Below, piece by piece: positions 55,271 through 64,000 of a stretch of DNA of 64,000 nt. The stretch comes from Escherichia phage vB_EcoM_ULIM3. The stretch lies in the sequence record OQ850289; one strand, written 5' to 3'. Each line of letters opens with the position of its first letter. The first letter of the stretch is position 1. The notes beneath the pieces were generated by a model that was not told where the DNA came from, did not search any database, and saw only the letters and a list, made by a program, of their open reading frames with translations. Both the position numbers and the translations under genes were made by a program.

Positions 55271-55504
55271 ATGCTTACAACCGTTTACCTTATCCTTTCT
55301 ATTTGTAATGGCCATTCATGTGATTTTAAAGGGCTTGAGGAGTTCACAGGAAGTAAAGAAAATGCTATTCAAGTTTGCCAGATAGCAAGACAAGACTATC
55401 CCGCTAGTGATGATATACAATGTTACTTTAAGACAGAAGATGAAGACGGTATCTATTTTGACAGCGTAGATGGTCAGTATGAAATTATCATTGAAAAAGA
55501 CTAG
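55271..55504 (+). CDS. hypothetical early protein
   Basis: 77 aa ORF. Confidence 0.45.
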   Translation: MLTTVYLILSICNGHSCDFKGLEEFTGSKENAIQVCQIARQDYPASDDIQCYFKTEDEDGIYFDSVDGQYEIIIEKD

Positions 55505-55561
55505 ACAAGCCTGATAAAAATCTGTAAATTGTCAATCAACGGGGAGGGAATGACCTTCCCC
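55502..55561 (+). promoter_or_regulatory. early promoter cassette 4
   Basis: TAGACA-17-TAAATT (TGn extended -10) then GGGGAGGG..CCTTCCCC hairpin. Confidence 0.55.
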
Positions 55562-55595
55562 ACTAAGTACAATCCTTAAACTAGGAGATTCAAAA

Positions 55596-55937
55596 ATGGC
55601 TTATGTAACCGTAATTACCGATAAAGAAAATTCATCTTGGTCAACTCAAGTAAGTGATAAGATGTCACCTATGCAGTGCCTAAAATACTTTGAGCAGTGG
55701 AATAAAGGCGAGGACACAAGCCCCTTTCAAGTGATGCAGATTATCCATGTAGACAACGAAGGGAATAAAACGGTTTTAAATAGTGAGTACTACGCAAGCC
55801 GTTTTGAAACGAGAAGTAAAACAATGAAGCTTTTACGTGAATCCGGTTACTCCCATATCGCCGCGCTAATCTGGGATGACCTGCTAAAAAGTCAGCGTAT
55901 CAGCTATGTAAAACCTGAAAAAATATTCATCAGTTAA
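55596..55937 (+). CDS. hypothetical early protein
   Basis: 113 aa ORF. Confidence 0.5.
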   Translation: MAYVTVITDKENSSWSTQVSDKMSPMQCLKYFEQWNKGEDTSPFQVMQIIHVDNEGNKTVLNSEYYASRFETRSKTMKLLRESGYSHIAALIWDDLLKSQRISYVKPEKIFIS

Positions 55938-56065
55938 TCAATAACTTACAAAAAACTTTTAAAAAAGTGTTGACAATACCCATTGACATTGGTAACTTTG
56001 TTCGAGGGGGTTATCTAAAAGGGATTCACTTAAAAGATTCTTTATAGATAAGCTCAAAAAATTAC

Positions 56066-56124
56066 TTGCAATCAACTATCAAAACAAGTAAATTACTAAT
56101 CAACGGGAAGGCAATAACCTCCCC
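56066..56124 (+). promoter_or_regulatory. early promoter cassette 5 (variant hairpin)
   Basis: TTGCAA-17-TAAATT then GGGAAGG-CAATAA-CCTCCCC hairpin. Confidence 0.55.
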
Positions 56125-56156
56125 ACTAAATAAAGTCCTAAACTGGAGATTCTAAA

Positions 56157-56687
56157 ATGAACAAATTTCAAGCTATCAACTTCATTCGTTCAAATGCTGT
56201 AATGTCTAAGCCTGTAAAAGATACATACGAATTCCGTTGTAATGGGGTACATTTCGCAACAATCACCAAATCAGAAAACGGGGCTTATTACGTTCATCGT
56301 CGTAATGTCTCAACCGTTGTAGTCTCTCACTTTATGCAAGCTGTAGCGGAATTATTACCGTTATTCTTAGAGATTTATCTAGATGAGTGTAAAAACGTTC
56401 ACAACCACGTTAAAAGCCTTTTAAACGGTTATAAAATGGCTTATGAACGCTCTATCAAGTCCTTAAACAAGTTTTACAATGCACCTGCAAATACTGTTTC
56501 AATGGCTTATGATGTAAACGGTGAGTTAGTTAGTCTCTTTAAAGTGGAAGAAATTAAGCTGTATAATTTACGTCCTAGTGGTTACTCTAAGACTCTTGGT
56601 GAAGGTTTATCATTTAATATCAAGAACTTAGAAAAAACTTTAAAAGACATTGAAAAAGATATTGACGAGATAATCAAAAGTCTGTAA
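56157..56687 (+). CDS. hypothetical early protein
   Basis: 176 aa ORF. Confidence 0.55.
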   Translation: MNKFQAINFIRSNAVMSKPVKDTYEFRCNGVHFATITKSENGAYYVHRRNVSTVVVSHFMQAVAELLPLFLEIYLDECKNVHNHVKSLLNGYKMAYERSIKSLNKFYNAPANTVSMAYDVNGELVSLFKVEEIKLYNLRPSGYSKTLGEGLSFNIKNLEKTLKDIEKDIDEIIKSL

Positions 56688-56721
56688 ATTGTCAATCAAC
56701 GGGGAGGGAATGACCTTCCCC
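56662..56721 (+). promoter_or_regulatory. early promoter cassette 6
   Basis: TTGACG-17-TAAATT then GGGGAGGG..CCTTCCCC hairpin. Confidence 0.6.
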
Positions 56722-56753
56722 ACTAAATAAAGTCCTAAACTGGAGTTATCAAG

Positions 56754-57017
56754 ATGGAAAACGTAGAATTAACCACACTTTTACAAATTGCAACTGACAA
56801 AGAAGATGTAGCACTGTTTCACCGTATCGAAAGCGATTTATTCAATGGTGAAATCATCAAAGAATCTTATGAAGTTGTCGGATTCAAAGATGGTAAAGCG
56901 TTTGGCTTTTTTGACCTCGACAAAGGCAACGCTGTCACAAAGTATGATGTTGTATCTTGTGAGATTCTTACAAAATACAACGAAAAAAGGCTTGCAACAT
57001 ACGCCAATATGCAGTAA
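56754..57017 (+). CDS. hypothetical early protein
   Basis: 87 aa ORF. Confidence 0.5.
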   Translation: MENVELTTLLQIATDKEDVALFHRIESDLFNGEIIKESYEVVGFKDGKAFGFFDLDKGNAVTKYDVVSCEILTKYNEKRLATYANMQ

Positions 57018-57049
57018 ATTACTAATCAACGGGAGGCGATAACCTCCCC
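56992..57049 (+). promoter_or_regulatory. early promoter cassette 7 (variant hairpin)
   Basis: TTGCAA-17-TAAATT then GGGAGG-CGATAA-CCTCCC hairpin. Confidence 0.55.
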
Positions 57050-57083
57050 ACTAAATAAAACCCTTAAACTAGGAGATTCAAAA

Positions 57084-57332
57084 ATGGCAACTATCCGCGC
57101 TACTGTCAATGCCTATGGCTGTTATACTCTGGACGTTAAATTCGATATTGGTGGAACTGATGAGTGTTTTTCATTAGTGAAGACAGTTATCAAACAAGTT
57201 ATTCCAGATTATAACCCTACTGATGACTTCTGGAAAGATGCTGTAAAAGAGGCATTAAACGACGAGCATCACTATCATTACTGGGGTGACTTGATTGTTT
57301 CCCTGTACTACAATAAACAAGGTTACAACTAA
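57084..57332 (+). CDS. hypothetical early protein
   Basis: 82 aa ORF followed by tandem hairpins. Confidence 0.5.
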   Translation: MATIRATVNAYGCYTLDVKFDIGGTDECFSLVKTVIKQVIPDYNPTDDFWKDAVKEALNDEHHYHYWGDLIVSLYYNKQGYN

Positions 57333-57342
57333 TCGACGCAAC

Positions 57343-57397
57343 GGGGCTAAATAGCCCCAGATACCTCAACAGCCCCTGTTTAAAGGGGCTTTTTTAC
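57343..57397 (+). terminator. tandem stem-loops ending in an intrinsic terminator
   Basis: GGGGCT-AAAT-AGCCCC then AGCCCCT-GTTTAA-AGGGGCT followed by TTTTTT. Confidence 0.7.
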
Positions 57398-57399
57398 GT

Positions 57400-58940
57400 C
57401 TATTGAATCCTTATACAATCCCTTTCCAGAATCTTATCAGACCTTAAAAGCAATAACTCTATAGTCTACTCTATAACCTCTTATCAAATCAACTTAAATA
57501 AAAGCCAATAACCCCAGAAAGGGGATGGCCCATTTAAACGCTCTATAAAGCTCTATAACAGCCTTATCAACCTAACTTAAGGGATTGCATTACCTCACCC
57601 TAAAAAGCCCTTTATAAAGCTTCTCAGAGCCTTAAAAGAATCTTATAAGGGTGTAAGCTTTATCATCTCATTAGTATTCTTGTGAATAACTAAACAACCC
57701 CTTGATAGTCACTAAAAAGTATGTTATAGGGGGCTTTAAAGTTACTTTGAAGTAGCTTAAAAGTTACGTAAAAGAGGCTATAAAGTTACGTAAATGCTAG
57801 CCCCCTTAACATTTTCTTAACAATTTCTTAACAATCCCTACATAGTTATGCTTTTAAGGCACTTGTTAGCAACTTGTTAGCCCCTTGTTAAATCTCTGTT
57901 AAGACCACGTAAAAGCCTTGTAAGAGTCTTTGACATAGCCTTAAAAGCTCCTGTAAAGCCCTATAAAGAGGTATCTGTACAGTTGGGGGATAGATACTAG
58001 GAAGAGGTTTAAAAGAGGCTATAAAGAGCTATAGAGAGCTTTTAAGAGGTATGTTTAAGGAATCACTAAGAAGCAAAGGGAACGATAAGAAAAGAGTAGT
58101 GACCATGTTAATAGCTTGTTAAAAAGATTAAACACTTGTTAAAAACTTGTTAATTATCTTAACAAAATAACTCTTAAAAATTAACTTGTTAGCTCTTGTT
58201 AGTCATCTGTTAAGAGACTATAAAGACCATGTATCGACTGTTAAGAACTTGTTACAGCCTTGTTAGTTCTGTTAAGAATCTGTTAAGACCTTTGAAGAGT
58301 TGTTAAGAAGATGTGAGAGCTGTTAAGAGATTGTTAAGGATATTTTAAAATTTTGCAAAGTACTTGTAAGGGAGCTGTTAAGGGCTACCAAGCAGATATA
58401 CATCTTCTACAGATATTTTTGAGTTCCTTCAAAGACCCTAAAAAATGACTTGATAGTCCTATTTTATAAAAATTTTAAGATTCTGAATAATTACCTATAC
58501 AGTCTTTTAAAAATACAGGCAGAAACAGGCTTATAAGATACCTTGTTAGTACCGTGTTAGACCTTGTGAGATAAGGTCTGTAAAGATATTCCTGTTAAGT
58601 TTGTTAAAACAGTCTATATAGAGGCTTAGTATTCCCTAGTGAACACCTATAGAGAGTGTCATAGGTAACATAGAGATTAAGAGGTGTATAGGAGCTTCTA
58701 AGAAGGTGTAGAGAGATGGTTAAGGTGATTGTATAGGTTGTTAAGAAGGCTTGTTAGAAGAGTGTTTAGAAGGGCTATACAGAGGGGCTATTAAGACCAC
58801 TAGATAGTTACTAAGATACTATATAGTACTATATAACTATATATAGAGAGTAAGATTAAGAAGGTTGTTAAGAAGGGTAGATATTTTATTCACATATGAT
58901 GGTGACCCAGAGGTTGGGACAACCGATAAAATTTTATAAA
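57400..58940. repeat. ORF-free region dense in short degenerate motifs
   Basis: No ORF >60 aa on either strand; >25 copies of (C/T)TGTTA(A/G)(G) and CTATAAAG-like motifs; purine-rich + strand; between convergent units. Confidence 0.7.
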
Positions 58941-58968
58941 AATTAAAAAGCCCCCGATTAAGGAGGCT
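58938..58968 (-). terminator. putative intrinsic terminator for the minus-strand cluster
   Basis: Minus-strand reading: GAGCCTCC-TTAATC-GGGGGCT followed by T-rich run. Confidence 0.45.
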
Positions 58969-58979
58969 CTTAAGATATT

Positions 58980-59528
58980 TTAAATCAGTGTTTCCAGAAC
59001 TGTTTTTAATGATGACTTGGTTGTCTGATAAAAATGAGTAAATCCATTGTTGTTATCAAATACCTGCATCATGATATCATCTCCCTTGATTGGGTACACT
59101 CGGATATCATAGTGAAAACCATTAAAGACACAAGAACCACTACAGAATGCTCTAAAGTCATCCACTGAGATGTACTCTTCATGACCTGTGATTTTTATAC
59201 AAACACCTTTACTCGGTCTCTTAGGGTTGATATCTTCCATCACAGACATACTCTGTCCACCAAGAGATACCATAGTGACTACTTTACGGTTCTTCTGTCT
59301 AAAGTACATCTTAACTTTCTGCAAAGTGTCTTCATAGAACGGATAAGACCTTTCTACAAAGATTCCTTCAAGTGGCTCTTTACCATTTTCAACTTCTCTG
59401 TTATGCCGTACTGCAAAGATAATTTGTTCGAACCAGTCAAGATTTTCTTCGGAGAGTGCTTCCCGAATATCACTCCAATCAAGAACTAGATAGTTACCTT
59501 CAACTTCTTTTAAGTTATCTTTTTCCAT
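58980..59528 (-). CDS. hypothetical protein
   Basis: Track ORF starts at a TTG codon (59573); first ATG is at 59528 (MEKDNL). Confidence 0.5.
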   Translation of the reverse strand: MEKDNLKEVEGNYLVLDWSDIREALSEENLDWFEQIIFAVRHNREVENGKEPLEGIFVERSYPFYEDTLQKVKMYFRQKNRKVVTMVSLGGQSMSVMEDINPKRPSKGVCIKITGHEEYISVDDFRAFCSGSCVFNGFHYDIRVYPIKGDDIMMQVFDNNNGFTHFYQTTKSSLKTVLETLI

Positions 59529-59541
59529 ATCTATCACACCA

Positions 59542-60006
59542 TTATCGTAAAACTTGGTAAGCTGGAACTGCAAACTTGTTGCCGTTGTTCTTAATGAGGT
59601 CTTCTTCTGTTACTAAGAATGTAATCCCACACAAGTGTGTGTAGTGGCTACCATACTCAAATATTTTAAGTAAGTATTTACCATCGTGATAAACAGATTC
59701 TACTACACCTTTTGCAACAATCTTTCCAGTCTTGAAATCTTTAAGAGGGTATACATTACCAACTTTAGGGACTGTTTTCATCTCAGGTTCTTTTAGCTTC
59801 TCACTAACTTCTACATCACCTAGTAAGTGAGAACTTTCAAACGCTACATATTGCATATAGGCTTCTGAGCATTCCCAGATAAAACAATGTACAAGAACCT
59901 TAGCAGCATGTCTTGAGCAATTTAACTTATCACAAATTTCTTTGTACATTTCGTCTTTAGTTGAGTTGTCAAGCATTGCTTTTTGAACTACTTCTTTAAC
60001 TTTCAT
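59542..60006 (-). CDS. hypothetical protein
   Basis: 154 aa ORF. Confidence 0.5.
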   Translation of the reverse strand: MKVKEVVQKAMLDNSTKDEMYKEICDKLNCSRHAAKVLVHCFIWECSEAYMQYVAFESSHLLGDVEVSEKLKEPEMKTVPKVGNVYPLKDFKTGKIVAKGVVESVYHDGKYLLKIFEYGSHYTHLCGITFLVTEEDLIKNNGNKFAVPAYQVLR

Positions 60007-60424
60007 AAGCTCTCCGAATAACCCTATTAAGCATCTCTAAAGTCAGTTTTCCAGACTCTAAATGTGGCATAACAAGCTTTAAAGCTTTTTCAACATCATG
60101 CACAACATCTATTATACCTTCTGCATAGGCTTCTACAAGGATATCTTTTACATTTTGTGATTTACCTTTTTGTGGTATCACTAGACGCATATCAAACTCA
60201 TTTGCTTGAGGATGGTTCTTACCACGCCAGAAACCGTCCTTATCAAAGCTTATAAAGTTATCCTCATTAAAATTAATACCACAAACAACAAACTTATCTA
60301 GCACTATGCAGTTGAGAGGGTAATCATCACTTGCATCATTCATTCCAAGAAACTTAACAGTAGCTATATACCTCTGTGTCTTTGCATCTACAATGTCAAG
60401 TTCTTTACCTATGTACTCTTTCAT
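59996..60424 (-). CDS. hypothetical protein
   Basis: 142 aa ORF. Confidence 0.5.
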   Translation of the reverse strand: MKEYIGKELDIVDAKTQRYIATVKFLGMNDASDDYPLNCIVLDKFVVCGINFNEDNFISFDKDGFWRGKNHPQANEFDMRLVIPQKGKSQNVKDILVEAYAEGIIDVVHDVEKALKLVMPHLESGKLTLEMLNRVIRRAYES

Positions 60425-60427
60425 CTC

Positions 60428-60700
60428 TTAAATCCTATCAATTTGAAACTCTTCAGGTAACTCAGCCACCACTTTTAAATAGTAAGCATCAGAGATTGTA
60501 TGCTTTGTCTCATAGCTACCATTCTTAATCCAGTTATAATTTTCTGGTATTCCATCATCATTACAAAAACCTGAGTACATAATTGCTCTGTGGATTATAT
60601 TTTTATTAGAGTATGCAACATCTACAATATAGTATGTTTTTTCTTTCCAACCACCTTCAGGTTTACAAATACCTGAGATACCCTCTAATTCTGGTGTCAT
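60428..60700 (-). CDS. hypothetical protein
   Basis: 90 aa ORF. Confidence 0.45.
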   Translation of the reverse strand: MTPELEGISGICKPEGGWKEKTYYIVDVAYSNKNIIHRAIMYSGFCNDDGIPENYNWIKNGSYETKHTISDAYYLKVVAELPEEFQIDRI

Positions 60701-60753
60701 TTCACTACCTTCTAAGTTTCTACAAAGGGGCTATCAAGTAACCCCTTAATCTA

Positions 60754-60978
60754 TTACTCAGACTTTTCAGTCTTCTTATCGGATTTCTTACTGGTCTTCT
60801 TCTCAGCTTTCTGTTCAGGTTCCTTCTCAGAAGTTGCCTTGATAAACATATCAAGAAGCTCTGATAAGTCACTTTTCAGCAAAGTAACAGGCTGCTCATT
60901 GTAGAAGTTTTTGTCAAGATAAACTTTGAACTCTTCTATAGAAGGAAATCCAAAAATTGGTACAGGTGTCTTAATCAT
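60754..60978 (-). CDS. hypothetical protein with lysine-rich C-terminus
   Basis: 74 aa ORF. Confidence 0.45.
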   Translation of the reverse strand: MIKTPVPIFGFPSIEEFKVYLDKNFYNEQPVTLLKSDLSELLDMFIKATSEKEPEQKAEKKTSKKSDKKTEKSE

Positions 60979-61054
60979 TACTTAGTCTCTCCATAGGCAT
61001 CTTTCAAGATTGCCTTGTTAATCATTTCAGCGATTGCAAAACGAACACATACAG

Positions 61055-61588
61055 CTATAATTGTAGGTTGCATTCTTTACTTACCTCTTCAAGTTTAATC
61101 TCCGAGTCCTTAAGTCGTTTCTTATGAACTCTGAATCTTAGTAGTGAGACGATGATACCAGCTAAAGGAACAGCATACAAGTACCAAACATCATATACCT
61201 TTGCAGTAATCTGTGTAATAGTCAAGTCTTGAGCTATGTAGCTGATTGCTGATACGGCTAGTAATGTTGCTAAGAAGAAAACCAGTATCATAGCAATATT
61301 CAGACAACCTCTGGCATGGTATTCATGCTTAATGCACTTATTCTTTTCGTCAACAACCCTGTTGTAGTCATTTGTAAAGTCTCTGTAGAAAGCTTTCAAG
61401 TATTCTTGAGTGTAGCCTTCAAAGCAACCTGTACCGTACCAATAATCACCACCAAAGTGTGCTATGATACCGGTATCCCCATTCGGTTTGGTTACTCTCA
61501 AAGAGGTGTGATGACGAGTATCTTGATAGTCTATTTTGTATCTTTCTTCATAAATCATTTTCCAATCCCTCTCAGTCGTTTGTTCCAC
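61055..61588 (-). CDS. hypothetical membrane protein
   Basis: 177 aa; hydrophobic segments (ILVFFLATLLAVSAISYIA, VPLAGIIVSLL). Confidence 0.5.
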   Translation of the reverse strand: MEQTTERDWKMIYEERYKIDYQDTRHHTSLRVTKPNGDTGIIAHFGGDYWYGTGCFEGYTQEYLKAFYRDFTNDYNRVVDEKNKCIKHEYHARGCLNIAMILVFFLATLLAVSAISYIAQDLTITQITAKVYDVWYLYAVPLAGIIVSLLRFRVHKKRLKDSEIKLEEVSKECNLQL

Positions 61589-61773
61589 TCAATGTCAACA
61601 AGTCTTTGCAGGACTTTCCCTCTAGGTGTTACACCTTTTAAATCTGCATCGTAGCAACGGTAAAAGTCACCTTCAGCGTGTTTACTATAGCATTTTCTGA
61701 TATTCTGACTTCTACGATATTGCTCTAATAGGGACAGCTTGTAGTAATCTTCAACTGTAGTTAGTTTTTTCAT
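61555..61773 (-). CDS. hypothetical protein
   Basis: 72 aa ORF. Confidence 0.4.
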   Translation of the reverse strand: MKKLTTVEDYYKLSLLEQYRRSQNIRKCYSKHAEGDFYRCYDADLKGVTPRGKVLQRLVDIEWNKRLRGIGK

Positions 61774-61856
61774 TCTTTCACCACGTATCTTCTCAAGAAA
61801 CTAAAAAGGGAACTACCTCTCGATAGCTCCCATCATAGTTAATGTTGTATATTTGG

Positions 61857-62438
61857 TCAAGAGTATTTTTTAGGCAGTAATGCACTGCGCTTGTTCCTCT
61901 CTTCACTCAATAGTGCGATAAATTCGTCGCCTTTACCTTTCCACGGGCTGAATGAAGGGATATGCTCACGAATAGCCTCAATAACCGTCTTAAGTGCTGT
62001 ATTTTTCATCCACCAATCAGAATCTGCTGATGCCACTACGTAGAATCCACCTTCATCAGTCAGAATTGGCTCTGAGATACATGGAGAAATCAAAGTTGTG
62101 ACGATTGAACCATTGTTCATGTAGTATGTGCGCTTAATAACCTTTTCAAGAAGCTTGTGGAGGTCACCAAACAGTGTGACAAGCTCTTTATGGTCAATGT
62201 CTTTTTCGAGGCTTGCTCGATACTTCAATAGCGCAGCGTCAACCTCTCTGTCATTAAACTTGAAGTATTGTACTTCATCAACAAGGCAAACACTGATATT
62301 GTTGACATTCATAGTCAACTTACAGACTTTTGCAGGAGAATTGATACTTGGTTGAAAAAGTGCAACACAACCTTCAATGTTCCCAAAATGTTGGACTAGT
62401 GTTACTTGTGGGGTAATATTCTGTTGCTCTTCGGACAT
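61857..62438 (-). CDS. hypothetical protein
   Basis: 193 aa ORF. Confidence 0.5.
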   Translation of the reverse strand: MSEEQQNITPQVTLVQHFGNIEGCVALFQPSINSPAKVCKLTMNVNNISVCLVDEVQYFKFNDREVDAALLKYRASLEKDIDHKELVTLFGDLHKLLEKVIKRTYYMNNGSIVTTLISPCISEPILTDEGGFYVVASADSDWWMKNTALKTVIEAIREHIPSFSPWKGKGDEFIALLSEERNKRSALLPKKYS

Positions 62439-62782
62439 TACAGTTTCCTCATTAAATACTTTTTAAGTTGTGTGTTAGGTTTCTCAAAAACTTCTACAGA
62501 AGATATCTTGACAGCTTCACCACGCATACCTGTGTGTTTGAATATATAGTACTCTAACATCCCTATATACTTTGCTGGTAAGTCATGTTTGACATACACC
62601 GTTACAGAATCTTCAAATTCAACAACCTTTGTACCATCTTTGTAGTTAAACTCTTTAGGATGGTTGTAGTTGTCGATGTCGTACATTAAAAAGAGTCTTT
62701 TCCGTTGCATATCAAGCTTATTGGTTAAAGACTCTTTGATGTCTGAGAAGTTTTTATACACTATGACGTGGAGCTTACTCAT
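62438..62782 (-). CDS. hypothetical protein
   Basis: 114 aa ORF, start/stop coupled to neighbours. Confidence 0.5.
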   Translation of the reverse strand: MSKLHVIVYKNFSDIKESLTNKLDMQRKRLFLMYDIDNYNHPKEFNYKDGTKVVEFEDSVTVYVKHDLPAKYIGMLEYYIFKHTGMRGEAVKISSVEVFEKPNTQLKKYLMRKL

Positions 62783-63068
62783 CGTTAAACTCTCTGACGA
62801 AGAAGTAGTTGACTTTATTATTACCTACCATAAGGTCAAAGCAGGTATTCTCAAAAGGTTTGTTGTAGGCATCATATGAAGTATACGTATCAGCTACTTG
62901 TTTAGTATTGAGCTTTTTACTTGATGGGTTTAAGAGGCCACCATACAGCTTCTTGATAGCCTCTTCTACAACAGACCAGATAATTTCGTCAGTAATTTCT
63001 TCGTACAGGTCAAGTTCACGCTCTAGTGAGAAGTCACAAATAGGGAAGATAACCTGTACTTTACTCAT
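62775..63068 (-). CDS. hypothetical protein
   Basis: 97 aa ORF. Confidence 0.5.
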   Translation of the reverse strand: MSKVQVIFPICDFSLERELDLYEEITDEIIWSVVEEAIKKLYGGLLNPSSKKLNTKQVADTYTSYDAYNKPFENTCFDLMVGNNKVNYFFVREFNDE

Positions 63069-63463
63069 TAACGAATCACCTGTGAGACTTGAATTGCTTC
63101 AGTTACTGACAAGTCACCTACCTTCTCTTCTTTAATAAAAGTGAAGGTAAGTTCAACAGGTTCTTGCTCTTCTTGCTCAACTGGAACACCATTAAGCTCA
63201 TCAAAGATTGATTGAGTTGTCCAGTCTTCTCCACCATCTGGATAGTGGATTGCATAAAGAGGAAACTCTAAATTATACCAAGCGAAAACAGGACAACCAT
63301 CTGCATCATCTCGACATCTGTGGAGATATGTATTCGTACCTTCAAAATGCAAATGAAGATTACCATTCTTCTCAAAGAGAAGAGCATCTTGCAGGTCTAA
63401 TTCTTCATTTTCACTGTAACGACTGACATCAACTTTAACGTGGATATGACTGCTATTATTCAT
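63068..63463 (-). CDS. hypothetical protein
   Basis: 131 aa acidic ORF. Confidence 0.5.
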   Translation of the reverse strand: MNNSSHIHVKVDVSRYSENEELDLQDALLFEKNGNLHLHFEGTNTYLHRCRDDADGCPVFAWYNLEFPLYAIHYPDGGEDWTTQSIFDELNGVPVEQEEQEPVELTFTFIKEEKVGDLSVTEAIQVSQVIR

Positions 63464-63854
63464 AAAAACCTCTCTCTGCTTGTTCGATTTTTGCTCTTAA
63501 AGCTTCACAATGTTGTAAATGATAGTTAGCTTCTTGTTCATGTGTTGCTAACTGCCTTTCAAGAACAGTTTTATAATAACTTGCGAGTTGCTCTTTTGTC
63601 AATGGGTGCTCTGAAATAATATCAAGTCCACTTTCACCAAGAGGATTGAATTGTCCATGTTCGTTGACATTGTAAGTCTCAAACTTGAACAGGCCATTGT
63701 TCACAGACTCAATAGGTGACAATTCAACAAGCTCTACAGTAAACCGTGTATATACCTTGTCACCTCTTGAAACCACATTGTTTCCGACAATGCGTACAAG
63801 CGAGCCATTACGAGTGTACTTAAAAGTACCAAAGTCACTAGCCCAAAGTTTCAT
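63456..63854 (-). CDS. hypothetical protein
   Basis: 132 aa ORF with AAGGAG SD upstream. Confidence 0.55.
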   Translation of the reverse strand: MKLWASDFGTFKYTRNGSLVRIVGNNVVSRGDKVYTRFTVELVELSPIESVNNGLFKFETYNVNEHGQFNPLGESGLDIISEHPLTKEQLASYYKTVLERQLATHEQEANYHLQHCEALRAKIEQAERGFYE

Positions 63855-63873
63855 GGTTTTCTCCTTAGAAAAT

Positions 63874-63903
63874 AAAAAAAAAAAAAAGGCTCCCGAAGGA
63901 GCC
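63874..63903 (-). terminator. intrinsic terminator (minus strand) with long T-run
   Basis: GGCTCC-TTCG-GGAGCC followed on - strand by T14; appears as A14 before the hairpin on +. Confidence 0.7.
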
Positions 63904-63913
63904 TATGAAGATA

Positions 63914-64000
63914 TTACTTTGGATATACACTGTCAAGATAAATGTTAGCTTCCATTCTACGTCTGTTTTTCAGGCCGTTTGAAGTGACCTTCTCACCTTT
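63914..64000 (-). CDS. 3' end of a minus-strand gene extending beyond the window (5' partial)
   Basis: Open reading frame from window edge to TAA at 63914-63916, then terminator. Confidence 0.3.
   Translation of the reverse strand, partial: KGEKVTSNGLKNRRRMEANIYLDSVYPK

Noticed and set aside
50900-57100. Repeated ~60-95 bp elements considered as a CRISPR array
   Set aside because: Repeats are separated by 200-550 bp protein-coding genes of variable length and carry promoter and RBS features; not the regular short repeat-spacer structure of CRISPR
63685-63948. Track ORF 63685-63948 (+) spanning the minus-strand terminator and poly-A tract
   Set aside because: Antisense to gene 63456-63854 and runs through the A14 homopolymer and hairpin; translation contains KKKKK from the poly-A run

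Overview
The window reads as a contiguous stretch of a large virulent, tailed dsDNA phage genome (no integrase, transposase, tRNA or CRISPR seen). Identifications rest on reading protein motifs in the supplied ORF translations; no database search was run. Layout: (1) 1-9500, + strand: a Mu/P2-like baseplate module with tightly coupled genes (TAATG overlaps) followed by two tail-fibre genes with HxH-repeat tips. (2) 9535-20282, - strand: thymidylate synthase, dihydrofolate reductase, small zinc-ribbon and HTH proteins, a two-gene unit flanked by repeated non-coding elements, an ATP-dependent DNA ligase, a lipoprotein, tandem paralogous small proteins and a family A DNA polymerase. (3) 20510-50486, + strand: dNMP kinase, primase-helicase, SSB-like protein, FEN-type exonuclease, aerobic and anaerobic ribonucleotide reductases with glutaredoxin, free-standing GIY-YIG and HNH endonucleases, rIIA/rIIB, a candidate lysis cassette and a macro-domain protein. 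(4) 50550-57400: iterons with a G-quadruplex-prone tract, then about 15 small early-type genes, each behind one of two recurring regulatory cassettes. (5) 57400-58940: a 1.6 kb ORF-free, motif-dense region. (6) 58980-64000, - strand: small hypothetical genes. The most notable candidate system is a PRPP-synthetase-like plus NAMPT-like gene pair (38378-41570), split by an HNH endonuclease and near a macro-domain gene, consistent with a phage NAD+ salvage/reconstitution counter-defence module.
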